Shown piece after piece: positions 36,401-49,383 of a stretch of 64,000 bases of DNA. Each line of letters starts with the position of its first letter. The stretch's first letter is position 1. The notes beneath the pieces were generated by a model. That model saw only the letters and a list, made by a program, of their open reading frames with translations, was not told where the DNA came from and did not search any database. The position numbers and the translations under genes are program-made. The DNA comes from Euprymna scolopes (lineage: Eukaryota): assembly GCA_053919585.1 (NCBI GenBank), contig CM132790.1. The stretch is one strand, 5' to 3'.

Positions 36401-37776
36401 TACTATTTACGACAAACACCTCTGCCCCCCGTATCCACCAACGCCCTATAATTCTTCTTTCCTATACCAATGGAAATGAAATTCGCTGCGCCCATATTAC
36501 CGATTACATACGACGGTAATTTTTTGTTCCGTTCGATGAACGCTTTTCGAACGGATTTTTTTCGTTTCCCTGCATACGGCTTCTGCAGTCTCTCTGCATG
36601 TGGCCCACCTTGCCACAAAAATAACATCTTGGTCCCTGTCTCGTTTTATCCCTATCCTTAACTTTGTGTTCTGGTCCCCTATTTTCTACCTGGTATCCTC
36701 TTCTACGTCTATCCTTGTATCTTGGGGGGTATCTGGCTGGACCCAAGGCATCAACCTGAATCCGTCGCCTAGTTTGACAGATTTCCATGGGTTCCTCTTC
36801 GGACCCCCTGTTTGCATCCAGCCGAATCTTCCATTTCATTTCCGTTAAGGCTTTTTGATACGCCTCCTGAAGATCCTTTGGCTCATGCCTCATCACTGCC
36901 ATTCTTATGTCCCTATCACTTAGACCCTCTAAAAAAAACCTAACATTTGCTTTTTTACTATCTCACTATCCAGGTCTATACCGTTATAAGCCCCTGCTGC
37001 TAGACGTAGTATCCTTTGCAAATAATCTTGGATACCCTCTTTTCTACCCTGCCTAATATTAGCTAGTTCTGCTATATACGCATTGGGGTTTGCGACAATT
37101 CCATAGTAATCTTCCATGGAACTCTTCAACTCTCCCCATGTTACATGTGTATTGCCAGCCAATAATCTATTAACATAATGGCCGACTAGGCCCCTTGTGG
37201 TTAGAAGAGCTGTTTGACATTTTTCTTCGTCTGTAGCTCCAACCACCTTAAAATACCTCTCTAAGTCATCCCGCCAAGCCTTATAACCACCCTGATCTCT
37301 ACTCTCTAAAGGTTTTATGTTCTTTAAAAGGGATTCTCCCCTTATAGTGTTTGACACCAAGCTAATTGCCTTTTTCATCTCCGCTGCGAACCCCTGCATG
37401 AAACTTGAAAGAACTTGCTGCTCCATCATAAATTTTTAAAACAAACAATATTTTACGTATTTTAATCGTATGCAATAGTCGCTAACAAGCGAAAATATAT
37501 TTTTAACGAACTTTCATGCATACAACAATACTTATGTATATTTATATATAGTTTTTTTTTTTTAAGCAGAACACACAAAAGAAAAAATTGAGTGTACTTA
37601 CTGTTTGCTGAACTTCTGGTCTTTCCTTTGGTTTCTTGTCTTCGTTTTTCTGTTTGTTTTTGTTCGTCTTTCGAAGCAGTCTATTTGTTCCTTCGTTCTT
37701 TTTGTTGTGTTATTTCTTCCGTGGATTTTTTGTTTGCCTTGCTCCAGGTTCGATCTTCCTATTCCTTGATGGAATA

Positions 37777-37793
37777 CCTGAGTCACGGCCCCA
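37777..37793 (-). promoter_or_regulatory. Primer-binding site (tRNA-His-like)
   Basis: TGGGGCCGTGACTCAGG versus TGGTGCCGTGACTCGG expected for tRNA-His. Confidence 0.75.
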
Positions 37794-38544
37794 AAACGCT
37801 GTCTGTTGCGTTGTGTGCACTCAGTATATATAACTGCGTGGACAAATGGTCGCCGGACAAGTTTACCGACGAGTGTATATTTGGAATGACAACTAAAAGA
37901 CTCGACTGTTTACAAAAGAATTCGAGTTTATTTTAAACAATCTTTCTTTACACTTTGGTGTCAGTTGTCACTGACTCCACTAGCGAGGAGAGAGGCGTTG
38001 AGAGAGATAGGTGGCGTGGCGGGGGTGTTGACAGACGACAGACTTGTTTCTCACCGCGTCGGCCGCTACTCTTTTTGTAAAACCAAAACATCTTTGTTTA
38101 TATTGGTATCGGTCACGTTTCTCTAGCTCCAGCTGCGAATGTCAGCTGCATTCCGAGCTGGTCATAAAATATTTGTTGATGTTATTATTTTTTGATTGTA
38201 GGCCAATTTCCTTTTGTTTGTTTGGCCTTGAAACATCACTGCATTCCAAATATGTGTGTCACTAGCTCAGGTGACGCTCGTGTCCAACATTCCATGTTGC
38301 CATGGTTGAAACGTGACCCTCACATCACGTTCTTGGCTTGCCTCTCCGATTTCTTCACAGCCTGTCCCCTTATTATACAACACCCCTCCAACCAGGTCTA
38401 GTAACAACAGTATGAAAAATACTTGCCGGAGCAAGTCAAACAGCCTGGTCTAGTTGTCACGATAACTAAAATTCAACTCAGAAGGGAATGGAAGAACCTC
38501 TTTTATAGGTTTTAAACCACCTCTCACCCCCTTAACATAATACC

Positions 38545-41500
38545 ATTCCCTAACTTCATATCTATGGATCCCGTTGGCAGGTGCAGTCAACGATGATGTA
38601 TCGTCCTTGGGCGTGACATTGTACCAATACACTGCTTCCTGAACAGTGCATTTCTTTCTGACTGCAATCCGCTTAATACTGCAGTGGCATCGTTCTGCAA
38701 TGCCATTGCCTGCTGGTACGTATGCACACCGAAACCGCAAACATACTCCCCAACCAGCAGAAAACTCCTTGAATTCCTACTGGTAAATGCAGTGTCATTG
38801 TTAGTAAGCAGTTCCTGCGGTGGGCCATGCTAAAAAAATATCGACTCAAGATGTTGAATATGTCTGGAGTCCTGCTGCGAAAACACCTGCAAAATAGTAA
38901 AATGCGCTGGACCGCAATTGGTGAGCGTCAGGAAATGTTTGCTGTTAAAATATGTTATATCCATTCCCAGCCTTTGCCAATTAGCTTGTACCGCCAATTT
39001 CCCTAGTGTCCAATTAACTCAAGATGGATCAATTATCCAACATTTCTCGCTCATATCAGCTTTGGTAATTGTTGGGCAAACTCACCGAACGAAATATGCT
39101 GTGTGTCGGATGCTTGGATGTCTACTACTCTTATACAGTTCCATGATCTGACTACTAGTCATTGTGTTACTCTTTGCAGCACAAGTCAGAGGTACAGACT
39201 CAGTCACTGATTTCATCCTATCGAGCCACCTTTGTTGAACACGTGTCATAGGGTCTACCTACTTCTGACTCTATGAGACTGGAGCAACGTCTATTGAAAG
39301 TCCATACTCTTCTACCAGTGATTTTATTGTGTCCAATCGTCATCGAGTAATATTTCGCTGGTAGCCTTTGTGCGTACTCTAGTTTTTTCAGTGAGCGTGT
39401 CCACTAACCAGTGATACCGAGCCTGTTTTTAAGTGTAAAAATTTGCACTTCTACTGTAACGCAAGGTTGATGCCTTTGAACGCTGCATCAAGTTCAGCAA
39501 AGTTAATATGCTGCACGTCATTCGTGGATTGCAGCCAACATGTAACTTCGAAGACAATAGTATCACATTCCAGGAGCACATCGGTCGCCAGGGAACTTGT
39601 GTCCACCCATACATTGACGTCTTGTGAGGGATCGCTCTGCTTCACTCTGGTTATTGTTTACTGGAGCATTTGTTGGAAGTGGAACACCCTCTGTGGTATT
39701 GTCCCATCCTTAAGTTACAGTGTTGGCCCGGTGCTTTAATGCCCAATCAGTTTCCTGCACAGGGAGAAAAATGACTTGACATGTCACAATCTCTGAAACA
39801 TCTGGAATCATACTACCACGCTTCCATCACAGAGTGCCAAGCTATCCCCAGACATCCAATCCAAGCACTCGTGCGCCATCTTCAAGCCGCTCTGGTTCCT
39901 TGCTTTCCAGTCTAAACTGAAGAAAATGCTGCTTCACGTGTTCCACAGGCACCACGCTGTTGTTGATATATAAATCATCTATATATGCCGATGTTGCTTC
40001 TTGAACTTTGGACAAAACAGCCTCCACAATGGATGGGGCTACGTTAAGCCCAAATCCCATCCTAGTCAGGCAGTATCTCTCCCCCTTCACAATCACGGTT
40101 TGGAACGGCCATAAAGAACGGTGCACATATACCTGAAGGTAGGTCTTTCTGAAGTCCAACACTGACACGTCAGACCCCTTCCCCTGCTAGTTCTCAGCTT
40201 TTGTGAACACACATCCGCACGTGCCGTGTATGTATCCACATGGTCATTTAGTTCGCAGTAATCCATAACAGGCCACACTTTTCTCTTGTTCTGCTGAACA
40301 ATCACCATTAGTGGGATTAATCCCTTGAGTGGACGAAGCTCTTTCTCTGGATATGGTATCAGCCATTCATTGCGAATCCAAGTTTGCAATTCGCAGTCAT
40401 AGTCCTTCCGAATGTGTTTGGGCACGGTATATTCAGGTGTCTGATTGATCAGCTGTTGTGGCGGCTGCTCACTCGACCACTTCCAGGTTGCCCTCCAATG
40501 TTTCTTAGTCAGGTTGAATACGACATCAAAGTCAGGTCGTTCTATTTTCACTGCTACAGCAGTGCCGATACCGCAAATCCCAATAGATCTTCATCCATGG
40601 CCAACATCTCCACCACCATGGGGATCCTTTTATCCACCTGCAAACTGACCTTGGTCACTCCTTTGCTGGTAACTCTTTCCATCAACAATCAGTACCTCTG
40701 TATTGTGTCCATTCTATGGACCACAAACCGTACTCCTTACTAGAGATTGGGTGCACCCACTCAATGCGTCCCGAATCACTCCATTGACATGCATGTGCTT
40801 GACTGGCAGGTTGGTTTTAATCCTTCTCGGGGTGAAAGTGGCACTCGCATCTCGCCCGTTTCTGTTTTCTGGACATTTTGATCTGATGTGTCCCTCTTTT
40901 TGGCATCGTTAGCATCGAATGCATAATGTACAGTGCTGCCTTGATCGCTCGAGCTGGCGTGCTTAGCAAGATGGTTGGCTCCAGTGCAATTGAAACACTG
41001 CAGTGAGTTCTCAGAGGGCTTGTGTAGAGGCACTTTTTCTGTGTCTGACGTGTCGACGGTGGCTGCAGCCTGTTCGTTATTCACCATGGACCTTGCTCGG
41101 CTGAGCATACTTTCTCCTGGGTATGGGCAGTCAGTTCAGCCATGAATGCATACTTCAGTTTCTGGCTTGGGACTCCTCCAAACAGGCTGGAGAGCTTTGT
41201 TAATGCAGCGTAGAACTCACCTACCGACTCATCTGAGTGTAAGGTGGGTCTTGAAAACTGCTTGTATGCCTCACATGGGTCAAGCACAAAGGCCCTGCAC
41301 ATCTTTCACCCATGTAACATTATTCTGCATCTGACAGCTTTTGGTAGACGTCGAAAGCTCCTCCAGCTGGTCGTAAGGGAATGACCTGTTCAACTCTGTC
41401 AACTCCTGAGAGTTTGCAGATAAGGTCCACTCTATCTAAGCAGTTTGCAATAGATGTTGTGCCATCATATTCTGGTACTAATTTTAGGTTGAACCTTCCT

Positions 41501-41700
41501 TCAGCCATAACGCCGAGATAGCTGGAAGCAGGATGTTCTATTTTCAGTTCTTTCTTCTTACTGTCCCTTTCTTCCTGACCTCGATTCGCGATACTGAGTA
41601 TTTCCCTTCTTCACGCTCTTTCTGAAACAAACAACACGAAGCAAATGAAAAAAAAATACTGCTCCCACAAAAATAAAAAATCCAACGTCTTTTATATTCG
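38545..41700 (-). mobile_element. Gypsy-like LTR retrotransposon copy 3, heavily decayed
   Basis: gag 41320-41508 and CFNCTGANH; RT LDFRKTYLQ, MGFGLNVAP, YIDD (39842-40168); RNase H WVDTS, HINFAELDA; integrase YVPAGNGIAER. LTRs not resolved. Confidence 0.8.
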
Positions 41701-41980
41701 CAGGGGCGCAAACTAATGCAAATAAATACAAACCGAATTTCCTGTACCATCACGCAGACGCAGTGTCATTTGTACATTAGACGTGATAGTTTAGCTTGTC
41801 ATACATTGTCTACAGTAGGTAACAGTAGTACACCCAAGTATTTTCAGTCGAACAAGATGCCCAAACTGGACCCAACGACAAGCCCCCTCCCCCAAATGCA
41901 ATAGTACAAAGTGGTAAGAACTCACAAATAAAACTTGGTGGATTGAAGTTGGGCTAAAGCTGATAATAGATATTTATAGT

Positions 41981-44900
41981 TGTGTGAAAAAAAATGAATT
42001 TTTCCCCTAAAATCCAATGACTGCTCAGTTGAGAAAATGAAGCAATGTGCACCTACCTTAGGTTGCAGAAGAATTGCCCCCTTCCACGACGTAAGTCTGG
42101 TAACAAAAATCTTGCCAGCAAAGCTGAGGTAAACGAGAGTAGCTTCTTAGTCCCAGTCACCAATACAGTTAAGAAAAAAAAAACTTATCACAACCGGAGA
42201 AATCTTCTTTTAAATAACCAAAAGGGCATGTGATTAACTGTCACCTGACCAGGAAAAATACTTTAAAAAAGCTGAGAAGGCAAAGCAATCTCTTGGTTAG
42301 TAAGCAAGGTAAGTGAACTCCGCTCTCCCTCTCTTTGAGCAATTATTAACCCCTCGTTTTTTTTCCCCCACACATACCCAGGAAAAGAAAAAAGAAAATG
42401 AAGGAAACAAAAATATAAAAGTATGCACTTACTCATGGAAGCTGACATGTTAGTATAATTTTTAGGTTTTTTTTTTTTCTGTTACCTAATTATTCAGGGA
42501 GGAGGCTAGGTCTACCTCGTCGCTGTCTCCGGGGTGCAAAACTCAGACAATACCATTTTTGTCTGGCAAGAGGTGGAGACTTCCCACACACCGGAAGTGA
42601 CATCAGTCATCACATCCGTCGGAACAAGTCATGTCCTGGTCATTCTATGGAGAACCGCATATAGGACAAAACCAAATTATTTCTTGATTATTGATTGAAA
42701 AGGAATAGCATCAATCCCATCCTCAGGCCTGTTAACAGATTTAGGTGTGGATCCATCTTGATCCTCTCCACTTAAGGATAATTCAAGGGGGAATAGCTTT
42801 TTTAACAAGTGGATATGCACTGCATCCACCACCCTTCTTACCCTTGCTGACCTGACTACCCCATCCTCTCCACCAAACATCTCCAAAATGATCCCAAGAA
42901 CACAAAACAGCCTAGGTTTCTGAGGACTCCTCACTAATGCCAGATTCCCGATAAGTCATAGGGTGGCTATTGACAGCTCTTTGGATATCCTATCTGATGG
43001 TAAGTAAAGAGAAATAATCCATTTCACCTCTACCAACCACCTTGTAAAGACAATTCTTGATTGTCTGGATACTCCTCTCCCAAATACCCCCAACCCAAGG
43101 TGAGTAAAGTAGAATTGGTCAGTACTTGATAGAACAGAAGCCAAACTTCTGTTGGTAATTATGGCTTAGCATCAACCGTTTAAACAATTGACCGCCTCCT
43201 AAGAAAGTCTTTGCATTATCACTGTAAATGGCAAATGGGATGCCATACAGATTCGTAAACCACACCAATGCCTGCAGAAAGGCCAACACACTCATGTCAG
43301 GTACCATTTCGATGTGTATAGCTCTGACACTGAGACACGTGATGCGGGCAAGTTAGCTACATTGGGAGGCAAGACCTGTCTGGCATTGTACCTTCGGCAC
43401 AGAGCACACAAAGGCAGGATCGTTTTCACCGCCTGTATGCTTTTTGACACCCAGTACCCACAACGTCTCAGTTCTGCTTAAGTGGACGCAATTCCTAAGT
43501 GCTGGCACCTAGCATGCACATCCATTATGATGAGCTTGGTAATTGGGTGACGCTTTGCCAATAGAATCGGGTGTTTAACCTCCATGCTAAAAGTGAAGAG
43601 ATCTACCAATTCTGCTACCTAACCTGATTAGACCTTTATCATCAATAAACAAGTCAAGGTCCCACGCCAACCCAAGTGCAGTTTTGCCTGGAAGATCTAG
43701 CAAAAAATCCAGTTCCTCAGGATATACTGGGCATTGCATCATCTGCATAAACAAAATAGCTGCCAGTTTTTCTGTCAACTTCCAACCGATGCAAATGATT
43801 GATAAACTTTAGGACTAAGGAAGTTTCTCTTAAGAGTTTAGTAAAAGAAGAAACTGTTTCCAGGGGCAGAACAGTAGGTGGTTCCTCTCCATGGAGGATT
43901 GCAGCATTCCAAGATGAACGAGATATATCCTGATTGCGTTGGTTGAGGCATGGCAAGTCCTGAGTAGCCCACGGAGTGGTACCGCTACTCAACCAACCTG
44001 GACCATACCACCAGAACTGGAAGCAGGTTTTTAACTTTTCCAGCGTCATTCCCCTAGTGATGAAGTTGTTAGGGTTCTCTGCTGTTAGAATGTACCGAAA
44101 TAATGGCTACAAGCTGAGAGTAGGTTCTAACTCCACACTCATCGGCTGGATATCCTTCAGCCTATTTCAGGCAAACAAGTTCTTGTTCACGATGGTCCCA
44201 GACATAAGCCAGGAGAGGACCACTTGAGAATCTGGCTATGTGAATCTCGGAGGGAGTGAATCCTCCAAAATTCCTTAAAATCCTGGGCAGGCACTTCATG
44301 GTCAGGAACACAGCCATGAGTTCTAGGGTAGGAAGTGTTTTCCTTTTCAACGGAGCCACTCTAGCCCTAGCAAATACCAAGCAAGATCGACACTTCTGCA
44401 CAACATACGCCATAGGTTTCTGGAGAGGCATCACAAAACGGGAAGAGTTTGCCAGATTCACTCTCACCGAGTGCCTTATGCGAAAAGGAAATGGTCTCCA
44501 ATCCAGAGAGATCTGAAGAAAGTTTCTTCCATAAAGAAAACTTCAGGTGGAACCGGCACATCTCACCCTAATCCTTTCTCCCAAAGCTTGCTTACCAGAA
44601 TACGACCCTGTAATGAAACGGGCAAGCACAATAAGGGATCATAGACTCTGGCAGTCTCCCCAAGAATTTGTTTCTTAGTAGAAGCATAAGGGTTTCACTT
44701 AATCGTAGCCACTTAAAGGGTGTCGGAGAGAGGACAGTACCGATAATGAAGTACCTTTTCCCAACCACTGCCATGAACACTCAGTGTACCATGCTCCTCT
44801 ATCTTGTTTTAAATTCCTACATCGTCAGAATTGCAAGATTGTAGTTCGAAGCCTTCCTGAAATAACTGCTTCCGAGAGAGTATAATCCACACAGCTTCTC

Positions 44901-47545
44901 TGGACTATCACTAGGCATGATGAGATTATCTACGTAAAAGCGATTTTCCATCATAAATCTGCAATTATCCATAGGAAACCACACAGCATAATACCGAAGA
45001 ACATAATTCAAGATAAAGGGACTGGAAGCAAACCCAAAAATAATTGGGCCGTACCTAAAACAATAAAAAAAAAACAAAAAAAAAACAACAATCTGTTCTT
45101 ATCTGATTCCAGCTTCAGGCGGATCATCAAGAAGGACTTCTTGATGTCTGCCAACACAACATGATTATTGGAGTGGAAAGTGAGCAACAAATCCAACAGG
45201 TCACTTGTTAAATTTACTCCCTGGTAAGTAGCTTCATTTGAAGATGGAGTCCCCAACCTTGAGGTTACAGTTGAATACTGGCTGAATTTTTGTGGTCGAA
45301 GTCGGGTCCAATTTCACAACCAGTCCATGTGGAATCCAAATGAATTCATTAAATCTCTGCAGTAGCACAAAAATCTCTTCTATTATACCCTCCTGTTCCT
45401 GCTGCTGGAAAACCTGTAGAAAATCCTGGTAAAGCTGTTTTCTCTCCAGGTTTCTCGCTATATGTTCTAATATGCGCAAGGCGACAGCATGGTTGGAGAC
45501 GGGATATTTTGTCTTCCTCTTATGGCAACTGGATGTAATACTTGTCTTTAAACAAGATGGATTGTTGGAAGAGCGCAATCTTCTGTTTATCATAGTCTGT
45601 TAGTCCTTGTTCTGTTATTCCCAGCGACTCTACTTCAAACATTTTCTCTAACCCCCTTTGCACGTTACTGTCCGGGAAAAAATCATTAAGTGGATCCTCA
45701 TACATGCTCTGCAACTCTAGCACAAAACACAGAGGACAGAGGTTGACTTCAGCAGTTGATGCTAGAACAGAATCTCTGGGTTCTCATCCAGAGATTGGCC
45801 CCAGTCAAGGAACTGCTTTACCTCACCAAAGGGAACCAGTCCTGTTGCCCATACAAACAAGGAACCAGTTGGAGAGTACTGAAGCTTTGAATAAAATCCA
45901 ATTATCCCACAAATCGGAATAAAACTTTGCCTTTTTCAAATCTACCTGCTAGGGGGCAATTATGATGTTGGAACCCATCTAAAAGAGTATCTAACTCCTC
46001 AATGCGTACAGATATATCCAGGTCCTCCTGTACTAGTACAGGAAGAGAATGTGGAGAATGAAATCCAACACTAACCTCCAATTTTACTTCCCTAAAGCAC
46101 CTATCACAGTCTCCAAGTATAGTAGTTAATTTGAGTTTGCAATCCAGTCCAATGGACGCTAAGGGACCGAGGGGTTCTAACACCTTACCCGACAGATAAG
46201 TCCGTCCACTGCCAGTGTCCAACAAACAGTTGGCAGAAACCTAGTTACCATCCTTGCAAAAGGTAACACAAAACGGGGGAGGCAAGAGAAGTTTCCACTC
46301 TGAGTGTGACAAGCTGAGTTAGACTGAAGAGAAGAATCCCTTCCAAAGGGACCAGGCCTTGGCCTAGATGGCACATCTCCCAAGGACCCCCGACTCGTAT
46401 TAAGGGTGGAGCCAGAGACCTCATCTCCCTTGATAAGATGTTTAACTGCCTCCCTGGTATCCTGCAAAATGGACGACAAGGTGGGGATTCTCTTCCCAGA
46501 AATTTGAATCAACTCCCTTGGACCTCTCTGGGGAACTTGGAAAAGAGAATCTTCGCCATAAGTCCAGCCCCCGAAGAATGGTCCTTGGACAAAGAACAGC
46601 CGAAGGAATCTTCCGTCAGAAATGAGGCTGCCTTGGTAAAGAAATTAGTCAGAGTAGTACAGGCCGTTTATAGGTGAAGTCTAAAATGCCCTGAAATGTA
46701 TGGTCTATTATCTCCTCCTCATCGAGGTATTCACTCTTCAGGACAGAAAGAGCCACCTCATAATTTCTGTTGCAAATAGTCATATGATAAATGAGCAATA
46801 AAATTCAGGAAATTCAACCTTTCGGCATCATTAGCCATGCCAGCTACACAATTTTCAAATCGTGATAGAAAATTACTGAAACTCATGGGGTTGGATTGCA
46901 TTTCCAACCCATCAAAAGTAGGCTCAGTAATCTGGAGCTGAAATGGCTTCATGGTAAATGAAGACGCACCTCTTTCAATTCCTGGGGAATAAAGAGCAGA
47001 ACTTATGGACTCGGAGGTGGCAGGCAGGAACTTTAACTCAAGCTGCTCCAATTCCCTTCTGAATTTCAGGGTATGTGCCAGAGATTTTTTCTCAATTTGA
47101 ACCCAGTCTTCTTCCTCCTCAGAAGATGATAGCTGAATCTGTCAAATATTCTGTAACAGATTTCTGCAATGCAGCAAATGATTTACTAGAGAGTTTATCT
47201 TCCATGTGAGCCATCTCCAGAATAGTTCTGATTTTGGTCCAAAGAGAAATTCTTTTCTATAAATCTGCCTTGCTTCTATCCATGTTAGTAAGGGTTTCTT
47301 CCGCAAAATGAGAAAAAAATGAATTTTTCCCCTAAAATCCAATGACTGCTCAGTCGAGAAAAGGAAGCAATGTGCACCTACCTTAGGTTGCGGAAGAATT
47401 GCCCACTTCCGTTACGTAAAAGTCTGGTAACAAAGTTCTTGCCAGCAAAGCTGAGGTAAATAAGAGAAGGCAGTGCAATCTCTTTTGGTTAGTAAGCAAG
47501 GTAAGTGCACACTGCTCTCCATTTCTTTGAGCAATCAATAATCCT
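41981..47545 (-). mobile_element. BEL/Pao copy 5 with both LTRs and a decayed C-terminal PHD finger
   Basis: 3' LTR 41981-42447 (TG..CA); partial 5' LTR 47309-47545; gag ATG 47283; LDTGSGR; FGFASSP, YVDN; PTLEL; SDNAKTF; PHD ~42535-42674 (WFCPICG...CSDGCDD*CHFRCVG...WYC). Confidence 0.88.
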
Positions 47546-47716
47546 TTTCTTTTTTTTTTTTTTTTTTTTTCAGTTGAAATGTACAGTCCGTGTGTACAAA
47601 AGTTACAAAACTCAGCAATAAAGTGAAAGTTTTGTAAAGTTTTAAAATTGTTCATTACAAAAAAAAAAAATGTTCAGTTTTTATTTCATGAGTAATAGTA
47701 TAAATGAAGCTGATAA

Positions 47717-47754
<38 letters not shown>

Positions 47755-49383
47755 ATGAATATTTTATGAGGAAATAAAAGTTCTCCAAGTTTTAATAACT
47801 AATGAAGTGGGCAGTGTAATAGCCTTTTTTTTTTTTTTTTTTTTTCAAAAAAAAAAAAATACCCAAGCATTCTGAATTAATCCAAAACCAGAAGAAAATT
47901 GCAAAATATCTCTGGTTCGCTAAGTGAGCCCAGAAGCCATAGATGCAGCACCCCATGAACTCCCTAAATATTTCTGTGTGTAGGTAACAATATGTACACC
48001 CACGTATTTTCAGTTGAACAGAATGCCTCAACCGGACTCAACGGCACAAAACTCCAAGAGTACATGCATTTGACAACAAAATTAGGAAATAATTCTTTAA
48101 ATGTCAAAAAGGATAGAACCAAAAAGTGTAACATAGAAAATTAAACAAATGTTTTTCATATAAGACTAGCTTTTGGCAGTTGACATCCTGTCAAGAATTT
48201 TCCTCACCTCCTTTAAGTCAACTTGTTTGACTTTTTTTTATCCCATGTGGGGAATCTTTTTTTTATTTTTTTATTTTTTTTTTTACGAATGATTTTTTTT
48301 ACGAATGATCCAATTGCTCATGAGGAAACCTGGGGATTTGGTTTATTTTTTTTTTATTCTTACATCTTCAGAGAAGATTTCCAAATGTCCTGTTAATAAG
48401 CCAACTTGGAAAAAAAAAGATGCCATTCATTCGTGTTGACAATTCATGAAAAAAAAAATTGCTTTCTTCATCAAGGATAGTTAGACATCCTTCTTTTCAC
48501 AAAGTCGGGCCGGTTGCATTAAAAACCATTCGTTTGTTTCCTTCGAATATAAAGTATAGAATAAATTTGCATTCATCTGATGTTGAAATCCACGGCTCCT
48601 AGTTCCTAAGAAGTAAGGCTTTTTATTTCTTCTCTTCCTTTTAGCTTGTTCGGTCCTCAGTTTTGTCAATGTTAGTATGCTGTTCTTTCGGCATGGTTGT
48701 CGTAACAGGTAACACTTATGGTTCTCTTGATGTAACTGTCTTCAGAACTTCTCAACGAATCCCCAAAATAAGTCACAGGAGGAGCAGCTTACCCATCCCT
48801 CGAATAGTTTGGTGTGTAGGTAACAGGAGTACACGAAGGTATATTCAGGTGAACAAGACGTCCAAGCAAACTCAATCTGAAGACTGTCATTGGGAGCCTG
48901 ACTGCATAACTGGTTGCAGACTATTATCTGGGAACCTCCATGCTGAGAAACTGGATAATGGAAAGGTCAGCAAAAAAGGGAAGAAACATTTTGTTTTTGC
49001 AATATGTCGGAGATAAAAAAAAAAAATGGGCTGAAGAGCGACACTCCCAGGCGAGCTGGCAAACATGAGGGATGCAAAAAAGAAATACTCTTTTAGTGAC
49101 CCCACAAGTGGGTCTAGTAACAACAGTATGAAAAATGCTTGCCGGAGCAAGTCAAACGGCCTGGTTTAGTTGCCAGGATAACTAAAATTTGACTCGGAAT
49201 GGAAGAACCTCTTTTATAGGTTTCATTTTTATAATTTTTTTATTGTTTTTTTTTTATCAGACTAAATGTACATTTGAGGCCGCCATATTGTTTTTAAAAT
49301 TTGGATTTTCTAAAATTTGACAGATTGGCCTTTTTAAGACCAAATTTGGTCTTTTTTATGCTATTAATTAAAACATGGTGCCA

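Larger units (their letters stand above)
31047..38070 (-). mobile_element. Ty3/Gypsy retrotransposon copy 2, near full-length, frameshifted, integrase interrupted by LINEs
   Basis: LTR cores 31070-31337 and 37803-38070 (3 differences seen); gag 36504-37429 with CYFCGKVGHMQRDC; LVDTG; RT YLDD 34887-36419; RNase H 34071-34874; integrase 33456-34022, 32342-32554, 31943-32299. Confidence 0.93.

Noticed and set aside
42295-42316. SL RNA or U1-like gene from AAGGTAAGT/TACTAAC motifs in the BEL LTR
   Set aside because: Short motifs only; no convincing Sm site or stem-loop architecture.
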